This document shows, one piece after another, positions 16,372 through 23,650 of a stretch of 32,000 bases of DNA (position 1 is its first letter; each line of letters begins with the position of its first letter). The notes under the pieces are model-generated. The model was not told where the DNA came from and ran no database searches. It worked only from the letters and a program-made list of their open reading frames with translations. Location: assembly GCA_038823825.1 (NCBI GenBank), contig JAWBCC010000001.1, forward strand, positions 431,421 through 463,420, written 5' to 3'. Both the position numbers and the translations under genes were made by a program. Source of the DNA: Candidatus Hadarchaeales archaeon (GTDB lineage: Archaea > Hadarchaeota > Hadarchaeia > Hadarchaeales > Hadarchaeaceae).

Positions 16372-17213
16372 GTTTTCACCTCGGTTTGCTGTGGTTTACT
16401 CGGTTTCTGGATGCTTGGCACTAGGATGGGTCTGAGAAGAACGGAAAATGCCATAAAAGTCAGAAAATACCACCAGCCAAAACCACACGCAACCCATTTT
16501 CCATAGATTGGCAGACTGAGGCTAAAAGGAAGCCAAGTCACTACCCACCCGCTAAAAGCTTTTGCCAGCACAACCCACAAGATTAGAAGAGGTACAAGAT
16601 AGTAAATCGATGGTTTCATCGTCTCGGACATTATAATCGTCTGCATCCTAGAAATCTCGGGCTTTCTCTGGTCTAGCTTGAGCAATCTTTTTCTGTCTTG
16701 TTTACGGAGAGCATCTCTATATTCGTTCCAGAATTCTGTCACTTGTGCTTGATAGTTGGAAACCAGCTCCCAGTTGACAACCCATTTGTTTGCAAGCGTG
16801 ACTAGGAGCGAAAGCAGAAATGTCAAAAACAAAATGAATACTGAAGAAAACTTGTGAATCGGCGAAATCGACATGCCCAGCTTTTCTCCAGCTTTGACTA
16901 TTTCTTCCCTGAGAGAGCGGATATTTTCCTCCACTGGTCTTGATGATAAACTGAGTTCAGAAAATCTGGACAAAATCTGCTGGTTAAGCTCGTTATCTAC
17001 GTTTTCCAATTGTGGTGCTATGTCTTGGCGATAGAGCTGCTCAATTTGTGAGAGACGAGCTCCCAACTCCTCACCCTTCCGAAGGCTAACGATTGTCGAA
17101 TCTATTCCTCTCATGATCTCTGCAATCCTATCGTCACTTTTAGCCGAAACACCTATCGCCGTCAGCGCAATTACGGCCGCTATCAACACGATCGCGGTTA
17201 TCAACTTTTTCAT
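16368..17213 (-). CDS. DUF106 / Oxa1-EMC3-like membrane insertase homolog with N-terminal extension
   Basis: The C-terminal ~165 aa have a TM, a basic coiled coil (RDALRKQDRKRLLKLDQRKPEISRMQ) and two more TMs, as in archaeal DUF106 proteins. It lies between adk and L34e (MJ0480-like slot). The N-terminal ~115 aa are extra: a signal peptide followed by a helical domain. Confidence 0.7.
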   Translation of the reverse strand: MKKLITAIVLIAAVIALTAIGVSAKSDDRIAEIMRGIDSTIVSLRKGEELGARLSQIEQLYRQDIAPQLENVDNELNQQILSRFSELSLSSRPVEENIRSLREEIVKAGEKLGMSISPIHKFSSVFILFLTFLLSLLVTLANKWVVNWELVSNYQAQVTEFWNEYRDALRKQDRKRLLKLDQRKPEISRMQTIIMSETMKPSIYYLVPLLILWVVLAKAFSGWVVTWLPFSLSLPIYGKWVACGFGWWYFLTFMAFSVLLRPILVPSIQKPSKPQQTEVKT

Positions 17214-17785
17214 TTTAGCACCTCCACTATATTCTCTACAGCCTCATTTAACCTCCCCTCACGGTTCTGAACGATCTTTATCGCGGCTCCGGTGAAAGCG
17301 GCATATGCCATTGCTATGGCTCTGTTCATCTGCTGATGCTCGTCTATTTCCTCGAGTCTGTCCTGGTCTCGCATTCTGTCCATATCTTTCTGTCTTCTAC
17401 CAAATATCTCGGCCGGTTCTGCTTCAACGAGTATCAAAACATCTGGCCTCAATTCTTCTAGCACCCAAACAGGAAGACCTGGATAATATCCCTCGGGCTT
17501 TTTTATCAAGCAATGCGTGTCCACGATCACATTTGATTCCTCTGCCATCTTCGCGATTTTTTTCCCAGCTTCCCTCTGAATCTTCCGATAAACCAAGGTC
17601 CCTATTTTTCTCATTTCATCTCTGTGTTTAACGCCAAGTTTTTCCGACATTATCTCGAACATAACATCTCCGTAATTGACCACCTTATACTTTACACCCA
17701 TTGTTTCAAGCCTTCTGAGAGCTTCTCTCATCACCGTTGTCTTCCCACTTCCCGGCACTCCTGTTATTACCACAACTCTATTCAC
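17210..17785 (-). CDS. adkA: adenylate kinase, archaeal type
   Basis: It has the P-loop VVVITGVPGSGKTTV and is 191 aa. It lies immediately after secY. Confidence 0.9.
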   Translation of the reverse strand: MNRVVVITGVPGSGKTTVMREALRRLETMGVKYKVVNYGDVMFEIMSEKLGVKHRDEMRKIGTLVYRKIQREAGKKIAKMAEESNVIVDTHCLIKKPEGYYPGLPVWVLEELRPDVLILVEAEPAEIFGRRQKDMDRMRDQDRLEEIDEHQQMNRAIAMAYAAFTGAAIKIVQNREGRLNEAVENIVEVLK

Positions 17786-19115
17786 CGAATAACCTCCTGA
17801 CAGCGGGGAACATTTCCGCCAACTGTTCTCTCGCCATTTGTTCGTAGAGAGAGTATATTATTCCGACAGTCAGAAGAATGCCTGTTCCGCTGCCGGGTGT
17901 TCCCAGCATGTCTGCACCCAGCGAAATCAATGCAACTGCTAGCGAACCGAGTATGGTCGCAGGTATTAGGTATTTTCCGATGACTGCCTCAAGGACTTTT
18001 GGGTCCTTTCTGTACCCTGGAATCGTCATGCCGGATTCATCGAGTTGCTGTGCGATGTCCTTCGGCGACATTCCGGTCATATATATCCACATCAAACCAA
18101 AAGCTACGGATAGGGAAATCAAAAGAATTCCATAAATTAAAATCCTGAGTGGATTAGCCAGGACGTCCCACACGCCGTTTGGTGGATGTACAAAATTGCT
18201 TAACCACTGCGCTCCGACCAGAGATGAGAATAGCCTTATGTTTGCGAAAATCGTCATGGCAAGGATAACTGGAATATTCGAGGTGTAGAGGAACTTTATC
18301 GGATATCTTCCTCTCATTCCTCCGTATTTTGCCAGCGTCACGGGCACCTCCACCCTAACACTTTCGAGATATACCACGACCAGAAAGATTAGGATAACTC
18401 CAACAACGCCCATCATATTGACTGGGCCTGGCGCAAAGAATGCGCTGAGTGGATTCTCTCCTGCCATCACGTCCCTTATAAAAACTGGTATCGCTCCGGT
18501 CCTCAAATTGAAAGTCTGCCAGAATACTGTCATCGCAACTCCTCCGGCTATGAAAAGACTGACCCCACTGCCAAATCCATATTTCGAGACAATTTCATCG
18601 AGATATATGACAATTATTCCACCTAGCGTTAGTTGGGCGACTATGGCAATTCCGGCTAAACTCGTAAGCTTTACGCCATATCTCCCAGCTAGAACAAGCA
18701 TGGTTCCCTCAAATATTGCCATCAGAATCGCCAGAAGCTTCTGAGAACTCGTAAACACTGCCCTATCTTGTGAATCGGATAGATCCAGGTTGATTATCTT
18801 ACTCCCTACGAGCAACTGCATTATAATGCCGGCAGTGACTATCGGGCCTATACCTAACTCCATCAAGGTTCCAGTCTGACTAGCGAACACAAACCTGAGC
18901 TGGCCGAGCAGTTCGCTAACTCCGAAACCCTTAGGTATCCCGTAAAGCGGAATCTGTGCCATGACGAAAAAAAGAACAAGAGCAAGAATCGTCCAAAAGA
19001 ACTTCTCTTTAAACGAAACGTGACGCTTTGGAACCGAAATCTCCGGAAGTTTTCTTAAAATGGGTTCAAAAGCGTAAAGCTTCGAGCGTGGCTTTTCGGT
19101 TTCCTCCGCCATCAT
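17778..19115 (-). CDS. secY: preprotein translocase subunit SecY
   Basis: 445 aa with about 10 hydrophobic segments and a SecY/Sec61alpha-like N-terminus (LPEISVPKRHVSFKEKFFWT). It lies after L15. Confidence 0.95.
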   Translation of the reverse strand: MMAEETEKPRSKLYAFEPILRKLPEISVPKRHVSFKEKFFWTILALVLFFVMAQIPLYGIPKGFGVSELLGQLRFVFASQTGTLMELGIGPIVTAGIIMQLLVGSKIINLDLSDSQDRAVFTSSQKLLAILMAIFEGTMLVLAGRYGVKLTSLAGIAIVAQLTLGGIIVIYLDEIVSKYGFGSGVSLFIAGGVAMTVFWQTFNLRTGAIPVFIRDVMAGENPLSAFFAPGPVNMMGVVGVILIFLVVVYLESVRVEVPVTLAKYGGMRGRYPIKFLYTSNIPVILAMTIFANIRLFSSLVGAQWLSNFVHPPNGVWDVLANPLRILIYGILLISLSVAFGLMWIYMTGMSPKDIAQQLDESGMTIPGYRKDPKVLEAVIGKYLIPATILGSLAVALISLGADMLGTPGSGTGILLTVGIIYSLYEQMAREQLAEMFPAVRRLFGE

Positions 19116-19552
19116 TAGTCACCGGTTGAAACCCGTCCACCAGCCTCCTCTATTTTTCTTCTGGCCTCGCTAGAGATTTTATCGGCTATTATCTCCATCG
19201 GGTGTTTGACTTCACCTCCACCCAAAACCTTCGAAAACCCAAGCTTCCTAACATCTATTTTATAGATATCTCCCTCCTTGGTCGCGAGCCCCTTTTCGAC
19301 AAGCTCCTCTATTCTCTCATCGAGCTCTCCCACATTCACCGCTTCCTGCTCCCTTCTGGTAGGCGGAAAGAACCCGTGCTTTCCGAAATAATCCGGCGCG
19401 TAGTGGATTATGTATGACCACTTATGTTTGTGACCACCCGCCATTCCTTTACCGCCCCTCTCGCCGCTACCTCTTCCCCGCTTCGCACATCCTCTCCCGT
19501 GTGTCCTGCTGCCCCTCTTTTTCTTCACTTTCTTCCTTCTTCTTACAACCAT
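19115..19552 (-). CDS. rpl15: 50S ribosomal protein L15 (uL15)
   Basis: 145 aa with a Gly/Arg-rich N-terminus (KKRGSRTHGRGCAKRGRGSGERGGKGMAGGHKH) and the expected operon position. Confidence 0.93.
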   Translation of the reverse strand: MVVRRRKKVKKKRGSRTHGRGCAKRGRGSGERGGKGMAGGHKHKWSYIIHYAPDYFGKHGFFPPTRREQEAVNVGELDERIEELVEKGLATKEGDIYKIDVRKLGFSKVLGGGEVKHPMEIIADKISSEARRKIEEAGGRVSTGD

Positions 19553-19561
19553 CTTTTCACC

Positions 19562-20050
19562 TCATACCATCCGTTTGATCAGATCGTTTATTTTATCTCC
19601 ACAGTAACCTAAGCTTCCACCTTCGCTCACAGATTTTTTCGTGGACTTGTACCCCTTTCGCGGAGGATGAAGACGGAAAACTCTTTTAAGGCCCGGAAGC
19701 TGTCGGATGGAGATTTTGTCCGAGCAAATTGCCTCAGCTATCTCTCGAAATGAACTGAAACCCCAAGATTTGAGGGTTTCCTCATCGATTTTTCTGTTCC
19801 CGATCAGTCGTCCTCTTTTTGCTATCAAGATTTCTAGCGTTTCCGGATTTATCTCCCCCCAAGTTATGTAATCTTTTGCCTTTTGCAACATGCCCATTAG
19901 AGACGGCGTATCATCAACGATCACGCAGTGATTTACTCTTGTTAGCCCTAACATTCTGAGAGTATCTATCACATCTCCCCTCGCCCGTATTCCTCCTCGC
20001 ACTCTAACTACTGCCAGTTTCACCGGAAACACCCGCCCTACCAATGACAA
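19562..20050 (-). CDS. rpl30: 50S ribosomal protein L30 (uL30)
   Basis: 162 aa. It has the [25 protein letters not shown] motif and the expected operon position. Confidence 0.9.
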   Translation of the reverse strand: MSLVGRVFPVKLAVVRVRGGIRARGDVIDTLRMLGLTRVNHCVIVDDTPSLMGMLQKAKDYITWGEINPETLEILIAKRGRLIGNRKIDEETLKSWGFSSFREIAEAICSDKISIRQLPGLKRVFRLHPPRKGYKSTKKSVSEGGSLGYCGDKINDLIKRMV

Positions 20051-20684
20051 CGTTCCTAAGCTGATCTAGGGATGCTACCCTCGTAGTGTTTTTTAGAGCG
20101 CTGAAAGTTGCGAAAGCAAAGTTAATGGTCGTACGAGTCTCCCCTTCCGTATGGGTCCAAGCATCCTTTATCCCACTAAGTCTCAGGATTATCTTTGGAA
20201 TCTCTGCCGCGACCAAACCCAGTCCTCTCGGACCGGGTTTTATTCTGATTATTGTGCTACCATTTTTTCCTTCTACTTCCCAAGGTACAGAATGTGGTCT
20301 GCCGCACCTGCACTCCCAGCTTCCACAACCGCGCGCGATCTCCGTTATGTTGAGTTTGGCGGCTGCGGTGGCCTTCCTTATGGCTTGGCTGATCTCTCTG
20401 GCTCTGCTTTTACCCACACCGATCAATCCGTCTCCATTTCCCACAACTGCGACGACCTGATATCTAGTCCTTCTCCCTGACTTGTGCATACGTTGTGTTA
20501 GATTAATGGAGAGAACTTCCTCTTTAAGATCTGGAACAAGGGCATCTACTATCTCCGGTTCCATAATTTTCTTCCCAGAGCGGAGAATCTCAGAGATGTC
20601 TTTTATTTTCCCCTCTTTAACAAGTCTGCCGAGCTCCGTTTTTGGTTCCCAAAGGTTTATGTCGAATGCTTCGCCAGGTCTCAT
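20004..20684 (-). CDS. rps5: 30S ribosomal protein S5 (uS5)
   Basis: 226 aa with the [34 protein letters not shown] and [10 protein letters not shown] motifs. Confidence 0.93.
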   Translation of the reverse strand: MRPGEAFDINLWEPKTELGRLVKEGKIKDISEILRSGKKIMEPEIVDALVPDLKEEVLSINLTQRMHKSGRRTRYQVVAVVGNGDGLIGVGKSRAREISQAIRKATAAAKLNITEIARGCGSWECRCGRPHSVPWEVEGKNGSTIIRIKPGPRGLGLVAAEIPKIILRLSGIKDAWTHTEGETRTTINFAFATFSALKNTTRVASLDQLRNVVIGRAGVSGETGSS

Positions 20685-21274
20685 TTCAGCACGCCTCCTA
20701 GAATCTTCTCTTTAATCTCGTTAAAGTGATTTGGTAGAGCTTCGGGCGGAAGACTTCTTGCGAGATATTGAGAGAACACTCTAGCATAAAGTTGGGGATT
20801 CTCCTCCTTTAGCTTTCTGGCATACTCGGCTATGTGCTCACCTGCTATTCTCTTGTCGTCAGGAAAAAGTTCTGGATCATGAGGAATTGAAAGACCCGCA
20901 TCTAATGCACCTTTGAGAGCAGCAAAGACTCTTGCCCCTTTTGTTGGTGTGTATCTGTCAATATCCAGAACACACTCGGAAACTCCGTTGTCAAGTGCTC
21001 TCTTTGCGCATAGCAGTCCCACCAAATAGGCTGCTGGAACATTTGAGGTTCCTCCCTTCCAACCAAACTTCTGGAGCTGCTTCGAGTGAGCCTGCGCAAT
21101 GACAAAATCGCCCACAGAACCCACTCCGATCACCTGCGCCTGAACATTGTTCAGAGACCATCTAACGACGAATCTAGGTTTTCCGGATTTCAAGAGTTTC
21201 AGTCGTTTCCGATAATCCGTTTTGCCTTCCCTACGTCTGCGGAATGGAACTCTATATCTCGGACCTTTTGCCAT
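20681..21274 (-). CDS. rpl18: 50S ribosomal protein L18 (uL18)
   Basis: 197 aa. The N-terminus [21 protein letters not shown] is typical of archaeal L18/L5e. Confidence 0.93.
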   Translation of the reverse strand: MAKGPRYRVPFRRRREGKTDYRKRLKLLKSGKPRFVVRWSLNNVQAQVIGVGSVGDFVIAQAHSKQLQKFGWKGGTSNVPAAYLVGLLCAKRALDNGVSECVLDIDRYTPTKGARVFAALKGALDAGLSIPHDPELFPDDKRIAGEHIAEYARKLKEENPQLYARVFSQYLARSLPPEALPNHFNEIKEKILGGVLK

Positions 21275-21281
21275 CTCGTAG

Positions 21282-21716
21282 TCACCCCTTGATTATTCCT
21301 TTTTCCCGCAAATAACGGTCCAAATGAGCCTTGCTTTTGAATGCACCCCTAGAAGCCATTCTGTATAACCTACGGTAAAGGCTCGGAGTTAAAACTCCTT
21401 GCTTTTTGAGCTCACGGAGCTTGGCTCTAAGAGGTCTAACTGTTCTTATCCATCTACGCTTGCGTGGGTCTCTAGCTCCCCTGGCCCCTTTTCTACTTCC
21501 GGGCCCCTGCTTTTTCTTTCCCCGCTCCCGGACTCTGCCTCTGCTGACGCCCTTCTCTGGTCTAGCTCTGATGTAACCCCTCTTTATAAGATTGCGAATA
21601 TCATCAGCTGTCAGGGCGGCATCTACCTCGGCGATATGTTCCGGATCTATCCAAACCCTGTTGACGCCAACACCGAGAATTCTGGCAGCCGTCCTCCTCT
21701 TCTTATCCAGCTTCAT
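21282..21716 (-). CDS. rpl19e: 50S ribosomal protein L19e
   Basis: 144 aa with [16 protein letters not shown] and a basic middle region. Confidence 0.93.
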   Translation of the reverse strand: MKLDKKRRTAARILGVGVNRVWIDPEHIAEVDAALTADDIRNLIKRGYIRARPEKGVSRGRVRERGKKKQGPGSRKGARGARDPRKRRWIRTVRPLRAKLRELKKQGVLTPSLYRRLYRMASRGAFKSKAHLDRYLREKGIIKG

Positions 21717-21720
21717 TCAA

Positions 21721-22053
21721 TCATCCTCCTGGGTTCAAGACCTTTATTTTCCTCTCCTGGGCCACCTTCAAAATCTGGGTCTTCAGACGTTTTCCAACAG
21801 TTGAGGATATTCTGATCGCTTGCGTCGAGGGATCAACCTTCTCCAGCTCCTTCAGGTTGTGGACGAGCACCTCCTTTAGACCGCATGGATGAAGGTCCCT
21901 TTCCGATTTAGGCGAACGATATCCTATCGAAACCAGAGGAGGTTTCCCTTTTATCTGTAGCCTCATCTTGCTGTCTTTTCCTCTCGGTCGCCTCCAAGAT
22001 TCATCAAGCCGTTTGAATCTCCACCAACTTTGTCTCTTGAATTTTTTGCTCAC
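21721..22053 (-). CDS. rpl32e: 50S ribosomal protein L32e
   Basis: 110 aa with FKRQSWWRFKRLDESWRRPRGKDSKMR and the expected operon position. Confidence 0.9.
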   Translation of the reverse strand: MSKKFKRQSWWRFKRLDESWRRPRGKDSKMRLQIKGKPPLVSIGYRSPKSERDLHPCGLKEVLVHNLKELEKVDPSTQAIRISSTVGKRLKTQILKVAQERKIKVLNPGG

Positions 22054-22057
22054 GCTT

Positions 22058-22579
22058 TCACCCCTTTTCGGTTATGTAACAACCATCTTGGAAAATTCTC
22101 CGATCTCTATATCTCACGACTGTGGCTTGCTCTATGTTTGCGGCTGTCTGCCCCACGGCCTCCTTATCTATTCCGCTAACTATTATTTCATCACCTTCTA
22201 CGCGCACGGTAACGCCTTCCAATATCTCCGCCACCCTTGGGTATTTCTCTCCCAAGAAGTTATGAATCAAAACTTTGTTTCCCTTCACCTCCACTTTTAT
22301 CGGGAAGTGAGAATAAACTATCCTCAACTTATACGTATACCCATCCGTGACACCCTTAATCATGTTTCTCAAATGAGCCTTTATCGTTCCTACGGCCGCC
22401 TTCAGTTTTCTTTTCGGAGATGGCGCCTCTATCACAACAGTTCCATTTCCCTGTTTGATGACGACCTCGGGAAAACCGAAAGTCTTCTTTATGGAACCCT
22501 TCTTCCCGCTGACCTCGACTGTGTTTCCCTCAATTTTGACCTGGATGCCCTCTGGGATTTTCACAACATCTCTTATCAT
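22058..22579 (-). CDS. rpl6: 50S ribosomal protein L6 (uL6)
   Basis: 173 aa with a two-repeat L6 pattern (IPEGIQVKIEGNTVEVSGKKGS...). Here it is the first gene of the operon remnant. Confidence 0.93.
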   Translation of the reverse strand: MIRDVVKIPEGIQVKIEGNTVEVSGKKGSIKKTFGFPEVVIKQGNGTVVIEAPSPKRKLKAAVGTIKAHLRNMIKGVTDGYTYKLRIVYSHFPIKVEVKGNKVLIHNFLGEKYPRVAEILEGVTVRVEGDEIIVSGIDKEAVGQTAANIEQATVVRYRDRRIFQDGCYITEKG

Positions 22580-22714
22580 AGCCCTATACCTTCCGCTATT
22601 TCGTGTCTGTTTATTAAAAAGACTGTTGCTCCCGGTCTATTTGCAGGTTCTTTGGCTTTTCACGCTAATATGAGAAGTATTAAAGTAGCTGGAACCCAGT
22701 TTTGGTGGATTCGG

Positions 22715-23140
22715 ATGGAGAGAAAACATGCGTGGAGTATAACTTTCACTTTGCTTTTTGCGTTGTTGATTGCGTTTCCCGTTTCATGTCTGCTGTCCGC
22801 TCTTTTTCCGATAACTGGCAGAATAACGCTCTCGGTAAGCGTTGAAGCCAAGAGGGTTGAGAATGCTGTTATCTTCATCGTGCGGCACACTGGAGGAGGT
22901 TGTTTATATTTTGATCTCGCAAAAAACCCGGACAAACTTATGGAAGGAGAAGTCTTGTTTTCTGACGGAAGTAAAATGAAAATTGTGAATTGGACTTTTG
23001 AGCGGCCAGATCGCTTCTGTGAGGGCGATCTTGCTTGGGCCAAGGCAGATATTTCGGAGAATCTCCGTGAGGATATTTTTGTAAAAATATGGATCGATGG
23101 AGTTGGAACTGTTTTCAGCGGATTCGTAACCATAAAGTAA
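22715..23140 (+). CDS. small exported or membrane-anchored hypothetical protein
   Basis: This is the C-terminal part of track ORF 21968..23140, whose upstream two thirds are antisense to L6/L32e. From ATG 22715 it reads MERKHAWSITFTLLFALLIAFPVSCLLSALF (n-region plus h-region) and then about 110 beta-rich aa. An alternative ATG lies at 22670. I recognise no family. Confidence 0.5.
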   Translation: MERKHAWSITFTLLFALLIAFPVSCLLSALFPITGRITLSVSVEAKRVENAVIFIVRHTGGGCLYFDLAKNPDKLMEGEVLFSDGSKMKIVNWTFERPDRFCEGDLAWAKADISENLREDIFVKIWIDGVGTVFSGFVTIK

Positions 23141-23168
23141 AAAAGCATGTTTTCAGTAGTAGTAAATT

Positions 23169-23290
23169 GGCTGGCGGCCAAAGCGGCGGGGAAACACCCG
23201 GTCCCGTCCGATCCCGGAAGTTAAGCCCGCCTGCGTTCTGGACGGTACTGTGGTGCGCGAGCCCACGGGAAGTCCGGAACGCTGCCAGCC
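23169..23290 (+). rRNA. rrf: 5S ribosomal RNA (orphan copy, no 16S/23S nearby)
   Basis: The 5' GGCTGGCGG pairs with the 3' CTGCCAGCC (helix I, one G-U pair). Internal CCCGGAAGTTAAGCCCGCC and GTACTGTGGTGCGCGAGCCCACGGGAA blocks match the archaeal 5S consensus. The length is about 122 nt. Confidence 0.92.
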
Positions 23291-23337
23291 TCTTAAAATC
23301 GTCGATAGAACATTAGCAAACGTCTTCGCAAACCATT

Positions 23338-23466
23338 TCAAATTGCTTTGACTTTTTTCACTATTTTTGGTCTGAGCTTGATGAAGATTTTCTTCTTGCA
23401 GTGGGTACAGCTCAATCCTTCCGGAAGCTTCTCGTATGTTTTTCCACAGTTCTGACATTTCCACAT
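23338..23466 (-). CDS. rpoP: DNA-directed RNA polymerase subunit P (Rpo12)
   Basis: Not in ORF track. The minus frame from ATG 23466 reads MWKCQNCGKTYEKLPEGLSCTHCKKKIFIKLRPKIVKKVKAI (42 aa, TGA at 23338-23340). It has a CxxC-x13-CxxC zinc ribbon plus a basic tail, typical of RpoP/Rpo12. Confidence 0.85.
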   Translation of the reverse strand: MWKCQNCGKTYEKLPEGLSCTHCKKKIFIKLRPKIVKKVKAI

Positions 23467-23493
23467 ATTCGTCCTTCCCTTCTTTGGCCAGAG

Positions 23494-23502
23494 AAATTTA
23501 AA
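23494..23502. promoter_or_regulatory. palindromic TATA-like element between divergent rpoP and tRNA-Asp
   Basis: AAATTTAAA is centred at 23498, which is 32 nt from both the tRNA 5' end (23530) and the rpoP ATG (23466). This symmetric spacing fits a promoter serving both directions. Confidence 0.4.
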
Positions 23503-23529
23503 GGTTTGGAAATAAAAAAGATTAGTTGG

Positions 23530-23607
23530 GCCCTGGTGGTGTAGCCGGGACTAACATGCAGGCCTGTCGAGCCTGCGCCCCGGGTTCAAATCCCGGCCAG
23601 GGCGCCA
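23530..23607 (+). tRNA. tRNA-Asp (anticodon GTC), CCA encoded
   Basis: Hand-folded cloverleaf. Acceptor GCCCTGG/CCAGGGC; anticodon stem CAGGC/GCCTG with loop CTGTCGA (GTC at 23566-23568). T arm CCGGG-TTCAAAT-CCCGG, discriminator G, then CCA at 23605-23607. Confidence 0.93.
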
Positions 23608-23650
23608 AATCTTGAATTCTGCCCAGTTTGACAGTTTTACTTTTCCGATG

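Noticed and set aside
21968-22669. Upstream two thirds of the 390-aa plus-strand ORF 21968..23140
   Set aside because: This part is antisense to L32e and L6 and translates to nonsense-like sequence. Only the portion after ATG 22670/22715, outside the ribosomal genes, looks like a real signal-peptide protein.
22660-23181. 173-aa minus-strand ORF opposite the small exported-protein gene
   Set aside because: The translation is low-complexity, and its 5' end (to 23181) overlaps the first 13 nt of the 5S rRNA gene. The plus-strand reading has a coherent signal peptide plus domain, so I preferred that strand.
23153-23464. 103-aa minus-strand ORF (GTG start) spanning the 5S rRNA gene
   Set aside because: It overlaps the entire 5S rRNA. 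The real coding signal here is the 42-codon rpoP in a different frame (ATG 23466).
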